This document shows, piece after piece, positions 38,501 to 51,635 of a stretch of 64,000 bases of DNA (positions are counted from its first letter, which is position 1; the number at the start of each line of letters is the position of its first letter). The stretch is from Zygnema circumcarinatum SAG 698-1b (Eukaryota > Plantae > Zygnematophyceae): the NCBI GenBank assembly GCA_037447605.1, contig CM074813.1, positions 62,001-126,000 of the forward strand, in the 5' to 3' direction. Below the pieces are notes generated by a model. The model worked only from the letters and a program-made list of their open reading frames with translations, was not told where the DNA came from and ran no database searches. A program made the translations under genes and the position numbers.

Positions 38501-40751
38501 TGGCTTGGCCAGGGGGCTGAGCCAAACCGAGCCATTGTCAATCACTACCTTGAGGCACCTCTTCACAGTGCCATACGTGTGTAGCATAATACCAACTTGG
38601 CCACTTCAAGTGAAGGTGCAGCTTTGGGATGCAGCTGATAAGGACGATCATGGATACAAAAACCTGATGAGGTCATTGCTTGGATGGATGCAGGCTGGAG
38701 CAGCAATGGATAGAAGTGTCATTGGAGACTCGAGTGCAGCATCTGCTGGCAGCAGTCAAGCAATATATTGATGGTTCGGAAACAGAGCGAATAATTGTTT
38801 TCGCTAACAGCACAGAAGCAGTGGAAGGCATTGGAAGAGTCCTGATGCGAGCAGGCATCTCCTACAGTCTCTTCCACCGCGATGTTCCTCCAGCTGACCG
38901 GATTGCAGCTTTGGAGCGTGCTCGGAGAGATGGGGGAGTGTTGGTATGCACAGATGCAGCTGCTCGAGGTGTTGACATTCCAAATGTCACACATGTAATT
39001 CAGGTGGGAGTGAGGAAAAGCTAAGGGAGAGTAAGTGGTGAAGAGTTGCTTGTAGGAATAGGAGAGAGCGGGTGGGGGATTGGGGGCGGGGGGAATAGAG
39101 CGAGAGTAGACGGGTGCAGGAGGCGAAGATAAGTACAGAGCAAGGAGGGCATGTGAAAGTGAGGCTGAGAGCGAGGAGGGAATGTGAGTGTGGGATTGCC
39201 AGGAGGGCAGATGCACTGGGCGAGAGGCGAGTTCAAAAGTGTGTAGGAGAGAGAACAGATGGAGAAAGTGAAAGGAGGGTGGGGGGGGGCCCGGGGGAAG
39301 AAGGGAAGGCGGATAGGGAGAGAGTAGCTGAGGGTAGTGTGGAAGGGTGCTGTAAGAAATGGAGGGCATACGGAAATGAGGGAGTGCGAGAGGAGGAAAA
39401 AGCTGCATGGCGGAGTGTGGCAAGTAGGGTATGTCGAAAAACATGCAGTTGAGGGCTTATCACGGGGAGGGAAGAAGTGCAATGCTGTTTCAAATGAAAT
39501 CCAATTCAACCGTGAGAAATGATGTGTGAGGAGATGTTCGGAGGTTTGCCTCATGCTCGAGCACTCTGCAATGCCCTGTGTTGTTAGAGGTGGTCCTTAT
39601 TCGCGGAGCAGTCCACATGCGATACAGTCAGCAATTTGGTGCATGGTTGACTTGAATGCAGGCAGAGTTCGCAACCTCCGCTGTGGACTACCTGCACCGC
39701 GTGGGCCGCACTGCCCGGGCGGGGCAGCCGGGGCAAGTGACCAGCCTCTACACTGCGGCCGACTGGCCGCTGGTGGAGGCAGTGCGAAGTGCAGTGGAGG
39801 CGGGAGGACCTGTGGTGAGTGGACTGCCTGGTGGAACAATACAGCGCGTGTCGATGCTACATCTGGTCAGGAGGTGGTTCGAGCCTTGGAAATTCTGTAA
39901 AGCCCTAGGTCAGAAACCGCTAGTGTATCTGCTATATAAATTCGATCAGGCTACCTGGCGTTCCTCGAATATCTGCTTAGAGCAGAATTTCTTCAGGTTC
40001 TTGAGAAATTCTGAAGTCAGGATTTTTTACACATAAGAGGCTTATCCTAAACGACCCCGCACGTCCAGAAAATTGCTCTGGATATTAAATCTCAACTGCA
40101 CGTTTAGGACAGGCTTGTTACTGCTGTTACTTTCGTGAAATTTGAGCTGGCTTGCTTCTTCCATTCGTTTGTTGTATCTATTGCGAGAAAGCTGTGTATT
40201 AAAGCAGTTTAGGGAGGGACGAATCCTGTCTGCAAATGAGGAAACAGATTCAGGGAATTCGGAGTTGCGTTAGATAATTGCTGAAGCTTTTATGAGTATC
40301 ACCATTCACGGCAATACGAGCAGCATTGTGTGTTTGAATTAATCGAGACTTGACTCACACGATGGTTTTGATGGCCGATGCAATTGCAGGAAGGGGCCTT
40401 CAGTCGCAAAAGGAGCTTCCGGAAGAAGATTAAGAAATACGGACCATCCAGGCAAGGTGACGTTCTGCGCCACATTCATCCTTGGCTCAGTTTGCCTTTG
40501 GTTCTTGCCTTTCTCAGTAGTTAAGAGTCAGACATTCTAGTTAGCCAGCATAATTCACCAGCCTTTTTCCTCCCTTTCCCTCCCTTATTTCTTCCTCTAT
40601 TCCTCGTCTCCCACTTCTCCTCTTATCTCCCCGCTTGAGGCTGAGGTGGTCAAGTTGCGAGTCTGATGGAGGGAGATGTGCTGTGGGAAGTGCAGCTCCT
40701 AATCCGGCAGAAAGCCGGCGGCAGGAAGCAGAAAATAACACATTCAGCTAG
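35509..40751 (+). CDS. RH22: Plastid DEAD-box RNA helicase, RH22-like; terminal exon uncertain
   Basis: Q motif FDRPSAVQ, motif I AAETGSGKTLAY, Ia LCPNATLCQQ, PDLVVATAAAL, VIDEADML, SKQYIFVAATLP (AAT motif III as in RH22), IVFAN, CTDAAARGVDIPNV, DYLHRVGRTARAG, C-terminal EGAFSRKRSFRKKIKK. The N-terminus resembles a transit peptide. Confidence 0.92.
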
Positions 40752-41743
40752 GTCGCGCTGATGTAAGCGTCCAGCGCAGCCGTCATCACTGTGAAGGCGT
40801 CCGCAGCCACGCTGGCGCGGCGTGGCGAGGCGAGGTGAGCCCTTGCGGCAGCGGGGGACAGAGGGTCTGCGCGCTGCCGGCCTGCTTGCAATTGATAGAA
40901 GCCGCTCCAAGGATTTCATATCACCGCAGCGGAAGTGCGTGGCACGACGTGACTGAGACGAGGTTGTGCTCGTGTGCAGGCAGGCGGCCCGGGCAGCGTG
41001 AGGATGAGCAGACACGAGTGTACTTCCTTTTCCGCTGTTCACAAGCAAGTGGTAGTAGTTGTAGGCGGAGTTCACTTCGATAAAGTTGTCACCTCGTTAC
41101 AAGTGAAGTGCATCCGGCTTTGAGATTGCCCTGGTCAAAAGAGATGAAAGGAACGTCTTGTCTGGCACGGAATACTGTGCTAGGTATCGCACGTTGAGAT
41201 AATGTGTAGCTGACAAGAATAGCTTATGGTGTCGCCCAAACTGGTTTGGATTTGGCATTGGACCACCCAACAAGGGCACACTAGCAAGTGGGTTTCATTA
41301 GTGTTAGAGACCCATCCTCGCTCACGCACCCACGCAAGGATGTTTGCTAGCGTGGTTGGGCTTTACACATACAACAGCTGACTTTGGTTGATGGCCATCT
41401 GCATAAGTCGTAACTTAACTTTGACAGTGATTTGTCCGGTTTTGTCGTCTTCAGGCAATCTTCTCTCACATTGTCATGTGCGAAACATCACTGGTGTCAT
41501 GCCGCATGCGAACATGGCAATCTGGGAGTGGAAGCTTCTCAACTATTCGATGACCACCACTCGTTTTGAGAAATAGACGTTTTACGAATCGACACAACAA
41601 CATAGCCCACAGCTCTATTAAGTTGCGAGAAATGCTTGCAAATACATAAGGGAACTGTAACAACGGTTGCACGCTTGCGCTCAATTTCAGTTTACAAAAT
41701 GGAACGACGGCGGCTGTGGTTCATGCTCCACTATTGTCTACAA

Positions 41744-44700
41744 TCACGAGGCTTTTGGCTTCACCTTTTCCAGGTCGTATAGGACGCAAATATCAGCCGC
41801 AGATTTCATCTGCAAAATGCCCAAAAATGCCCTTCAGAGCGGATCCAGTGAGAGTAGAAGGATGTGGCATTGAGAGGATTCAATACCCCGCATCAGACAA
41901 ACTATTATTTTTATTTCTTAATTTTAATAAAGGTTTTGGTCAAGCGATTGAATCGAGCATCGGCCAATGATGGCCAACTTACTGAAAACCTCTCCACCAC
42001 CCTAACCATGACTTCAGGCCTTATGATTATCAATGTTATAGTGATGAAGACGCATAGAATTCCCTTCGATGGTTCTTCGAGGAGAAGGTGGCGATAACAA
42101 GCAGTATACGGTGATATACCTGTACTATGTTTACGAGTTGCTTCACGGCCCATCCCGGCAATGCAAGGCACAAAAGTATCTGAACCACTCCAAGTCTTCC
42201 AACTCCAAGCAAATCCACCTGCCAAAATGGCCCTCGGTTGCAACGTCAGTCCATTAAAGAGCAACTGCCAAGCCTTTAAAAGTTTCTGCCATGCCAGGAC
42301 ATGCGCGTCTTTTTAGCCCGGCCCATCACTTTCTCGCTGTCAGCAATCGAAAATATGGCTGCAAAATAAAATGGTGCTCCCATGCAAACTGATTGAGGGG
42401 ATTCGGGCTCACAGATTGCTAACGGAGAGAGGCACACAAAGAGACCGACAGGGCATGGTTACGCAAAGGCGCATGACCAGAGGGAAGAGCGAGACGTAAC
42501 AGTTTGGGTTGGGGCGGGGGGCGAGGGGAAAGGGGCAGGGAGAATGGGGGCGAGGAGGGAAGAAAGAGGGGGACTGAAAATGGTAGCGGGTGAGGACCCA
42601 TCCTAATACAAAATCACTGAGCTTTGGAGAACAAATGCTTAATCACCAATGATCACAATATGGCAATTACGTCTAGACTCTGCATCAACTAAGGGCTGAG
42701 AAGATGAGAACTAATTGGAAACCCCTAAGTTCCTCTGGTTTCACGAGGAACAAGAAGTTTAGAATAAGTAGAGATGCTCATGCCACAGGCAGTTCGAAAA
42801 GCGTCTTACCGCAGGTCTTTCCTGGAAGCCGGGATCATGTAGGAGAAACAGCGCCAAGTAGAGGACCTGACGACCCCCCCCCAACAATGAGCTGCAAGAA
42901 CAGGCCGCTAATCGTCCATCTTCCGATTGCAGGATTTAAGGGATCAAGGGAGTTACCTCTGCCCCAACGCAGCAGTAGCCCATAAAAAGGCGAGACTGGT
43001 AATATATGCGGACCAGCCAAGAGGTGCCTTCTCCTACATCCTTATGGCTAGTACGGCTTGCCAAGAACGAGCTGTAAGCACCTCCCAACCAAATCGCACA
43101 CACAACCGTCTCTTTTTTTTTAAATTATTATTAATAATTTCACATACAACAGGTTCCACGTCGCAAAAGTACTCAAGAGCCAATGCCAAGACAAACCAAA
43201 CCACTCTCATACAACCGAAATGAGTCTGAAGACATCATTCCATACAGTCCATCAACCCATACCACACAAAATTGACCAGCTCATGATCATCAACATTCCA
43301 CTCGATCATATAAGCGAAGAACTCCAAAACATCTACACACCTTTCCTCGTTTAACCACATACAGCAATTGAAGAGGTGCTTCAATCAATCTGCGTAACCC
43401 GACTTGCATGTCCCATACTTCATGACAATGTATTTCAAACAAGAGAAAAAACATTCACACTGCTCAAATTACAATGATCTACATGCATGCTTATGACAAT
43501 TGTGTTTCATATGGGATGGGCTGCTGAGAGATCCCTCCTCCACCTACCTGTACATCTGTAGCCAGTGGGAGGCAATGTCCAACACAAGGAGGCTAAGCAG
43601 GGCGCCAAAGTATTTCCTGCAGCAGAACCCCATCATATAGTGGACTGAATCTCAATAACTAAGCAGCCCCTGGCTCATAGCTGTCGGGTAGAAAGTCATA
43701 GTCGAGAGAGGGAGAGGAGAGGAGAGGAGAGGAGGAAGAGAGCGAGTGAAACACAGAGAGAGGCCGGGGAGAGTAAGAGAGGGGGGGGGGAGTGGGGGGC
43801 GCTTGTCCAGTACTGGTCAATGCTCGAGACCTCAGATGTGCTCTTCAGAGTTCAACCCTTCAACAATCTGATTCTTAAAGAGTCTAAGTTCAATATGTAC
43901 TGCGACTCACTTTGCAAACCTGCACCGACGAGATGATGCGCCTTGACACAAAAATTCACAGTCAATGTCAAAATTGGTTTATCACGGACCTTATATAAGT
44001 CAGATACTTCATTATCTAAGTTCACATAAGACCCCTTACGAAAACCCATCAAACAAGTCATAGCCCCGCGACTTCCAACTGGTTTTTGCTTGCAAGTTCC
44101 ATTTCCACAGGAAGGAAAGAAAAAACATGCCGCCCAAAAGGTCGGTGCTAAAGCCAATGTGAGTCTATAAAGGTTTAATCTCTATCATGAAACCTGAGCA
44201 AGGTGCTTGAATAATTTTGCCTAACAGGCTAATGGAGACAAGTAGGTGCGTGTTCCTATGAAAGGCGCATCATGCTAGCAATAGGCGTACGCGGTACTTC
44301 AATGAATTTAGGCGACAAAAGGCTCAGTTGAACGAGGTTTCTAATGATTCAAACAATAGGCTCGTTTGTTACTACAGTAAAAAGCCGAATTGCAGCTGTT
44401 TCTGATTGCTTCACCACATCCTACTCCACATACGTCTTTGCAAATCCAACACAACTTATCAACACATACATAACCCAAGCCCGTGTACTTGCACTTTATC
44501 TGAAATGTATACAACAGTACTTTATCTCATACATCAGAAAGCACCAGGATTAACGTATAATTTTGCACAGACTATTCAAATGTAACCCGGCTTACCTTCA
44601 AGTTATTGCAACAGACAGATGACAGCATATGCATCCGGCATAGGTGAAGAACAAGCCGCAACTTCAGGATGGGTGGGAGTGGCACGGACGTACGGATAAA

Positions 44701-47477
44701 GGTGGGAGAGCAACATCAGCAGCCCTGCTGTACTCATCCTGGCCACACCCTCGTCAAACAGACGACATAAGTTTCAAGACATGTGATGAAGTTCACTTTA
44801 AGGAAGCTGCAACCATCCTTGGACCCAGGAAGCTCAAGCTCGAATTGCTGGATATTTTGCGAAGTCACCACACAAGCGTTATGGGTGTATCTGGATTCCT
44901 GAAATAGGGCACGACGGAGACTCAGCAGGGGAGATTCCATCAATTATATTCACAGTGGGCCACGTCATCGCTAGTTCTCTACAAATATCTCCTCGCTGCA
45001 TGTCCAAACGTGTTGGCAGCAACACAGAGTGCATACACCTTTGACCAAGCATGAGAACAGGACTAATGACAACGGGGCGGAGGGTCTCCTCCGCCCGCAA
45101 AAGGCAAGGTCTATGTCGCCTTCAGCAATCCCGTGAACGCATCAAAATTATATTAGTTTTGCGTCTCTGAAAGCCACGTCTCATCGGCAGTGCCAAAAGA
45201 CTCTTAGGGTTTTTAGGGTTTTTAGGGTGAGTTTTCACGGCAATAAACTGAACATGTCTCAGTAGTCGCAGAGTTGGAACTTCTGAGCAAAAACATAGCT
45301 TGTTCCGGAAAGGACAAGTTTCTGAAACTGGCTGAAGAGACCCTTCTACAAGTCGCAGCGCATCTGGCAAGGTCCGAGCACGCTGCGCGCTTGGGAAGGG
45401 CAGCGACCAGACCTGTCAGTGACCATGTCCAGCACCGCCCCAAATGTCGACTCTGCAAGCAGAAATTAACATCCCAAAAAAAAAAGTTAGAATAAGCAAC
45501 AAAGGCAAGTCAAAGTCGCTTCTTGATCACTTCTTGGTGCTGCTCTGTCTGTAATGTTGTCAAAAATAGGAACTTTGACATAAAGAATGGTTCAGTCTTA
45601 TGCAATAAAAGTCAGCACGAAGTACCTACTTTGATTGAGCCATACGGCAAACCGTCCGTCAAGGTAGTCACAAAAAAAGCTGACACAGCACAAATTCCCA
45701 AAAGCAACAAGCCAAGCGCTGTTAGGCGACTCACAAAATTCTACAACGAGTTTTAAATCCCAGGCACGACAGCAACCATCATAACACCTGTTGGCTGTAA
45801 GCGCCCTTTGACGATGACAACCATGACAGCTACGCAAGAAAACGATTCCTACAATGGAAAACTCGCCAGTATCAGGTTTTAAATATGCATGCGTGTTTTC
45901 AGGCATGAGCGATTGCTCCGAGTAACTTTGCGGAACTGCAGTTTGGGACCACGGCTATCCCAAGCATTCAAATCTGTATCTTATGTAATCTCTAATCTTG
46001 CGAAGCCAACAAATACTCTACAGACTGCCGTTCATGAAGGCTTATTCATGCAATCTCTGCATGTATGAGGTACAATTAGCTTTACCAGGAGCAACCCTAA
46101 GTCTGCATTTCCCTACCCCAGCAGGCGTTCCGGAAAGGAGTGCTCTTCTTTAATGGACAAACAAAAGTAACACACCTGAGGAAGTAGAGCTCCACAAAAA
46201 GGACTTTGTCCTTGAATGCAAGAGAAAATGCGACAGCGTTCACCAGTACTCGCAAATAGCCTGGAAGCCAAGCCCACAAAATACACAAGCACATATAGGA
46301 GAATGCAAATATAGCAGCTTCTGGGTTCTGCCGCTCGAACCAATATCCTGTCCTGCCTAGCAAATGCCGTGAACAAGACCTCTCAAATGTCCATGCCTCC
46401 CAATCGCTGCCTAGCTCATCCTCTACACTGGTCTGCCTCGTGCCCCCCTTTGGCCTATAAGGAACAGACGGGAAATCCCCAGACTTTGCTTGCACCAGAT
46501 AAAAGCGCATGAAGGCAGTGACATCAGTAGACACTGACATAAACCCATTCTCCGAGCCTTGCAATGTTTCCAACCGACTTAAATGCTCATAAATATCGTA
46601 TTGCATTCACGTGATTTGGCGAACATTCGAGACATTCCAGGAAATATCTAGATTGTCTCCGCACCTTTCCACACACACTCTCGATCGACTATGAAGGGTC
46701 CACCCAGAAAAAACACTAGACATCATCAAAGGCTTGGAAAAGTTGTTTCCGTTTCCTTTCGGTGCCCAACAATGCAACAGTGGCATTGTCTTGCATCATT
46801 GCAAGACAAGCGACACATTACTCTTATCTGTACGAATTGAACATCATGTGACCTAAATCCTTACTTCTGAAAGAATGGGAGTCAACAAAGACTCCACATA
46901 TACTTCAAGAATTCCTAGACTCCCAGGCAATGCCACAATTTGGCAACCTAAAGGCAAAAAAGTCTTCGGAATCGTCTTCGTTACTCGATCGCAACTGGAT
47001 GCAAAGCTCAGAAAGTGAGAGATATGAAAGAAGGGAAAACAGGAAAAGTATGCTGCAATTTCTGCCGCTTTGACAAGGAAATTGAGTTATCTACAGCAAT
47101 GCAGTTAGCTCAGCACTCCATTCAATCCGCAACAGCAAGCCATACACATGACTTGTTGCTCACAGAAATAACTCTCTCTCGGGACATCGAGTGAATATCA
47201 CAGATGCCAGGTATCCTCCCTCCACAACGAACTGCTGACAGCGGCTTAGAATGTTTGCTATACTTTTGTTGCTAAATTATGTACTTCTCTTCACCCACCT
47301 TGAAAATTATAGCATCGCACCAATCTCTTTAATTAGGGTAATAAGGGTCAACGCAAAATTGGGATAGCCACGGTATGAAGACGCAAAGAGAGACTGACAT
47401 CAGCCATTTCCCTATCGCACAGTGTGTGCTGGCGCACCAATGAGGTTCGGCACGAAGAGGTAGATTGGCCAGCCCAT
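41744..47477 (-). CDS. PIS: CDP-diacylglycerol--inositol 3-phosphatidyltransferase (phosphatidylinositol synthase), 10 short exons
   Basis: Exons give MGWPIYLFVPNLIG|YLRVLVNAVAFSLAFKDKVLFVELYFLS|FFCDYLDGRFAVWLNQK|STFGAVLDMVTDR|MSTAGLLMLLSHLYP|KYFGALLSLLVLDIASHWLQMYS|SFLASRTSHKDVGEGTSWLVRIYYQSRLFMGYCCVGAE|VLYLALFLL...|...GWAVKQLVNIVQ|MKSAADICVLYDLEKVKPKAS*. This matches the plant PIS1/PIS2 motif order. Confidence 0.95.
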
Positions 47478-48076
47478 GGGGCCGCTCAGAGCCGGCCCGA
47501 CCCCGCCTGCCGCCCGCCCTTTAGCTTCGGACCGCCTCGCCTGCAGTGCGTCGTTCCCTGTCCAGCATTCAACATTGCCGTAAGAGAATTAAGCTGCCAT
47601 ACACCAAGCTGAATTTCTTTACTCACCTGCTAAGTAGAACGAAAGAAGAGGAAAAGGGAGAACTGGAGCAATAGAGGTGCCGAAAATTGTGAGAATTAGA
47701 CCTGTCTGGACGCTCTTTAGCAGTGAAGATAACACACATTCTACTGCCCAATCCTCTGTACCTGTTGTAGCTGGACATAAGCAAATCAGCGGCCTTCATC
47801 GGCAGTGCAGTGAGGAAGAGCGGGTACTGACCGTCGCTGCGCAGCAATGCGAGTGCGGCCGCCCGCCGCTATCGACCGAACGTCAGGCCTCTACGTTTAA
47901 GGAAATCCGTGTATGGATCCGTATATGGATCGGTGGCCTTCCGCCGCTCCCTCTGCGCGATTTGCCACACATCGGCGTTCTCCGCCGCTGCTTCGAGGGA
48001 GGGCTGCGTTGTTGCGCCTAGGCTTAGTTTTCCGCTCCTAGCTTTTCCCTTTTGTGCTTAGGTCCTTTGCGACCAG

Positions 48077-48290
48077 TTTATCGTGGTTCCTCATGCTGAT
48101 TGTGTCCATGTACATTTGATGGCCTCGCCATCGTGAGATCAATGCCACTTCCGTTCTTAGTGATTACTATCGCGTTGTTAAGCCAAAAAGTAGATTTCCA
48201 CTCATAATGACCCGTTTCTCGTGGTTCCCCATGATTATTTTGTCCATGGACATTTGACGCCATCGCGATCGTCCGATCAATGCCACTTCA
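48077..48290. repeat. Imperfect ~75-bp direct duplication
   Basis: tttatcgtggttcctcatg...gtccatgtacatttga...gatcaatgccacttc (~48077-48152) recurs as tttctcgtggttcccatg...gtccatggacatttga...gatcaatgccacttc (~48215-48290). Confidence 0.75.
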
Positions 48291-48489
48291 TTGATCATCA
48301 CATCTATGCACGGTCCACGCGGCAGTCGACGGTGGCAGTCAATGCCTGGTGGCAGTCCACGAGGCAGTCCACGGTGACAGTCAATGCCCGATAATGGTCC
48401 ACACGCAGCCATGGCAGCAAATTGCACACCAACCTCACCGTCCACGGGCAGATCTTTGGGGGTCTTCAAAAGTCCCAAAGTCAGCCAAG

Positions 48490-48809
48490 GGTCTTTATGT
48501 GGCTCCTTAGGGCATCTAGGTCCCTTTGTGGGCTCTTTAGGGCCTCTCAGGGCCCTCAGGGCCTTTTAGGCTCCTCAGGGCCTCTCAGGGCCCTTGTGGC
48601 CCCTTAGGGCCCTCTGTGGCCCTTGTGGCCCTTGTGGCCCCAGGGTCTCTTTAGGCCTCTTGTGGCCTCAGGGTCTCTTTAGGCCTCTAGGCCTCTCTTT
48701 GTGGCCCTTGAGGCCCCTTAGGGCCCTATGGCCCTTTTATGGCCCTTTGTGGCCTCTTTAGGGCCCCAGGCCCCCTAGTGGCCCTTTATGGCCCTCAGGT
48801 CTTGTGGCC
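48490..48809. repeat. Degenerate ~9-11-bp satellite (cttagggcc / cttgtggcc variants) running into the assembly gap
   Basis: About 320 bp of ggccct/ttaggg/ttgtgg units ending at the N run. Confidence 0.9.
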
Positions 48810-48909
48810 NNNNNNNNNNNNNNNNNNNNNNNNNNNNNNNNNNNNNNNNNNNNNNNNNNNNNNNNNNNNNNNNNNNNNNNNNNNNNNNNNNNNNNNNNNN
48901 NNNNNNNNN
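48810..48909. other. Assembly gap (100 N)
   Basis: Run of exactly 100 N, which usually marks a gap of unknown size. Confidence 1.
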
Positions 48910-50127
48910 ACTCACAGTGCGTGGTTATCGGCCCGAGATCCAGTGGGTTACGTTTACGTGGGGCGTGGTGGGGAACCCGCTGAGTTCAAGCGGCACTCCT
49001 CTCTTCCACGGCATCGTGGCGCGTGGCGGCGGCCGGGAGAGTACCGGCTTGATCATGCGGCGTGCATCTTGCGGTGAGTCTGTGGCCGTCGGCTACTGAG
49101 CCAGTCGGCTACTGACTCTTCGTCGACTTCGATCGCTCGAGGTAAGCGGGGACAGGGACCTCTAGCCGGTGATGCCCATCTTCGATTAAATCTCATTGCC
49201 TCTTCCTGCGATGCGAATCCAGGTCCTCCGGTTCCGTCGCTGTTCTTCTTCTTCTTGAGGTGCCAAGTCTTCCCTGCGAATCGCGATGAAGATCGCTTGT
49301 CCCTGCTAACATGACTCTTCATCCATGGCCGGTGACACGTATCCGCAGGATCGGCGGCTTACGTATCAAGATACGTGGATCGCCGCAAAACCGGCTCACG
49401 ATACCAAGATAAGTGGGGTTAAACAAAAGGCTGGCGAGCTAGGCTGCGAGGTCTTGTCTGACCCACAGCGTCCCGTCTTTGGCGATGAAGGGTTGGGTTG
49501 GTTGTTGTGGAGTACACTGCGGCATAGAGCCCGGGGTCAGGGGATTGAGATGCCTTGTGAGGCAATAGGGATCTGAAGATGTTCCTGCATTTGGCTGGAC
49601 TCGATCGCGAGCCCTTCGCCAGGGCTCTCTTCCCTATCACTCTCCTTGGCAGTCCTGTAGCTGGAAGCCTAGTTATCGCCGGTCATTGCAGGTAAGCGTA
49701 GGGCGGGAATTAGGACAAGATGGCGGCTTTGTAGTGGCGGCAAAGAGAGCGATTGCTCAACTTAGATAAAGGTTGCATTTTGGAAACTCACCCGGCCCGT
49801 GATTTGGTACGGGAATGTCTAATGGCTGTCTTCTCCCTTTGAGGAAATCTTTGTGCAGATGGGGCGTCCCAAATCGCGGTCGGCAAGAAGACTCTTTCTC
49901 TCTCTCTCTCTCTCTCTATCTATGGCATGGAACTCTCTCTCTCTCTCTTACTCTTACTTAGCATCTGTTGCTGTAACTGAAGAGCAAGGAAAAAAGAAGA
50001 AAGAAGAACAAGAAGACAAACCACACAGCAAATACAAATACTAAGCCCAGCACTAAAAGACAAAACAGCATCACTGACATCCCATCTACTTAACACTGAC
50101 AATAGATCTTGAGTCCTAGCGGTGACA
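48910..50127 (-). mobile_element. Probable LTR retrotransposon 5' end: ~720-bp LTR (49407-50127), primer-binding site and leader, truncated by the gap
   Basis: On the minus strand the segment starts TGTCAC at 50127 and ends ...CCCACTTATCT (one base off the usual CA end). TGGTATCGTGAGCC (49406-49393) follows immediately and resembles the tRNA-iMet PBS TGGTATCAGAGCC. No gag/pol and no second LTR are visible. Confidence 0.6.
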
Positions 50128-51635
50128 GTCCCTGATTGGCCCACTGCCCACTGAGAGGCCTGACTGACTACGTGGAGCCTTCGGATAGGTCAACCGATGA
50201 TAATCGGCGGCATCTTGCGGCGCTTCCGAGTGTGCCTCGCTGGATGGTGTGCCGTTCCGTGGGCCGCCAACGCATGGCGCCGCCGTCTCTCAATCTCCGT
50301 TGGCAGCTTCTGAATTCCGTTGATCCGTGACACGGAAGATGCATACGTCAAGTACAATCGAACAGACGCAAATCCGTCGAACGCCGCCCCGTTACGCTAC
50401 AACGCACTCCTTGGGGTGGTAAATACGAGGACCCCCCACTGTACTATACGGCATTGTACGATAAGGCACGGTACGATACTTGCGGGAGGCTCTCCGTCAG
50501 TTCCGTCCGTCAGAAACTGCCGGGCGGTTTGCCTGTGGGAAGCCTTCGACTCCGCCACGTGGAGGATCCTGATTGGCGCGCGAATTAAAGTTTATACTTC
50601 AGGAAAAAACCCGAAAAAAAAAGCCTAGGGTCTAGAGCCTAGAGCCTAGAGCCTCGAGCTGCCTGTCCGTACATCCCCCCGGCCTTGACCGGCCCCGCGG
50701 GCGGGCGGGCGGGCCCGCAGGCCGCGGCCGCTGGCGGGCTGGACAGAATCGCATCCATCGTACGTTGCCGTATGGCTGCCGTATGGCGACCGTACAGATG
50801 CCGTACGCGTGTCTGTACGGCTCAGTGTCAGAGGGCGCGGCGCGCAGGCGGTGAGTGGGCCTGCGCGCGCCGCGTGGCGGGTGGCTGGCGCGGGGGAGGG
50901 ACCGTCCGTATTGCCGTACGTCGCCGCATTAAAGCCGTGCCCGCCGGCAGCCACGTGGGGCCGTGATGGCGTCATGCACGTGCGGCCGCCCTCGAGCCGC
51001 CGAATCCGAGCGCGGCGCGGCGCGATCCGACGGCTGCGCGCGCTCTGCGCTGCGGGGCGGGGCGGGTCCCGCCGCGGGCAGCAGCCGGCGGGCGGGCGGG
51101 CAGGGCAGCCTCAAAACGTTTCCCGCCGGCTGCCCGCTGCCCGAACCGCCACCCACAGGGTCTCGGGCAGCACTAACCGCCTCGGGGAAAATTTGTCGCT
51201 TCTGTGGAAAAATCCGATATTTCTTTTTTCCCGGGCGGCGGGTCGCTGCGTGAGCGCGCCGGGCGGGAGGCTGCTGTTCGTACGGTACGGACGGGAGGGA
51301 GGGAGGGAGGGAGGGAGGTTGGTGGGGCGGGCCCGCGCCGCCCTTTAGCGAGGGGAGGGGGAAAGTGGCTGGCAGATTGCGTTTGACGGCGAGAGGCGGC
51401 GAGGAGAGGGAAAGCGAGGCGGAGGGAGGAGGGAGACGGGGGGAGGTCGCTAAACGGACATCTGTGCAGCCATTTGCTGGGGAGGAGTGGTTAACAGATG
51501 TCCTTTTAGCGGCAGGGGGTGTAGGTATTTATTTAGTAGCGGGTGGGCGGTGTCTGTGGAGGCCCGGGTAGAGGGGGTTGTGGGAGAGGGAAGGAGGGAG
51601 GGCCTGATAGTTTGGAGAGGTCGGGTCTAGGAACC

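Noticed and set aside
39030-39480. Overlapping Pro/Ser/Leu-rich ORFs in the RH22 intron
   Set aside because: Translations of a purine-rich low-complexity intron tract.
41911-42264. TRKHSTGISPYTACY as a retrotransposon integrase remnant
   Set aside because: It is an alternative frame of a PIS exon (GWAVKQLVNIVQ) plus intron sequence.
46097-46606. 169-aa ORF as a standalone or transposon gene
   Set aside because: Only the GYLRVLVNAVAF...YFL part is coding (PIS exon 2); the rest is intron read-through.
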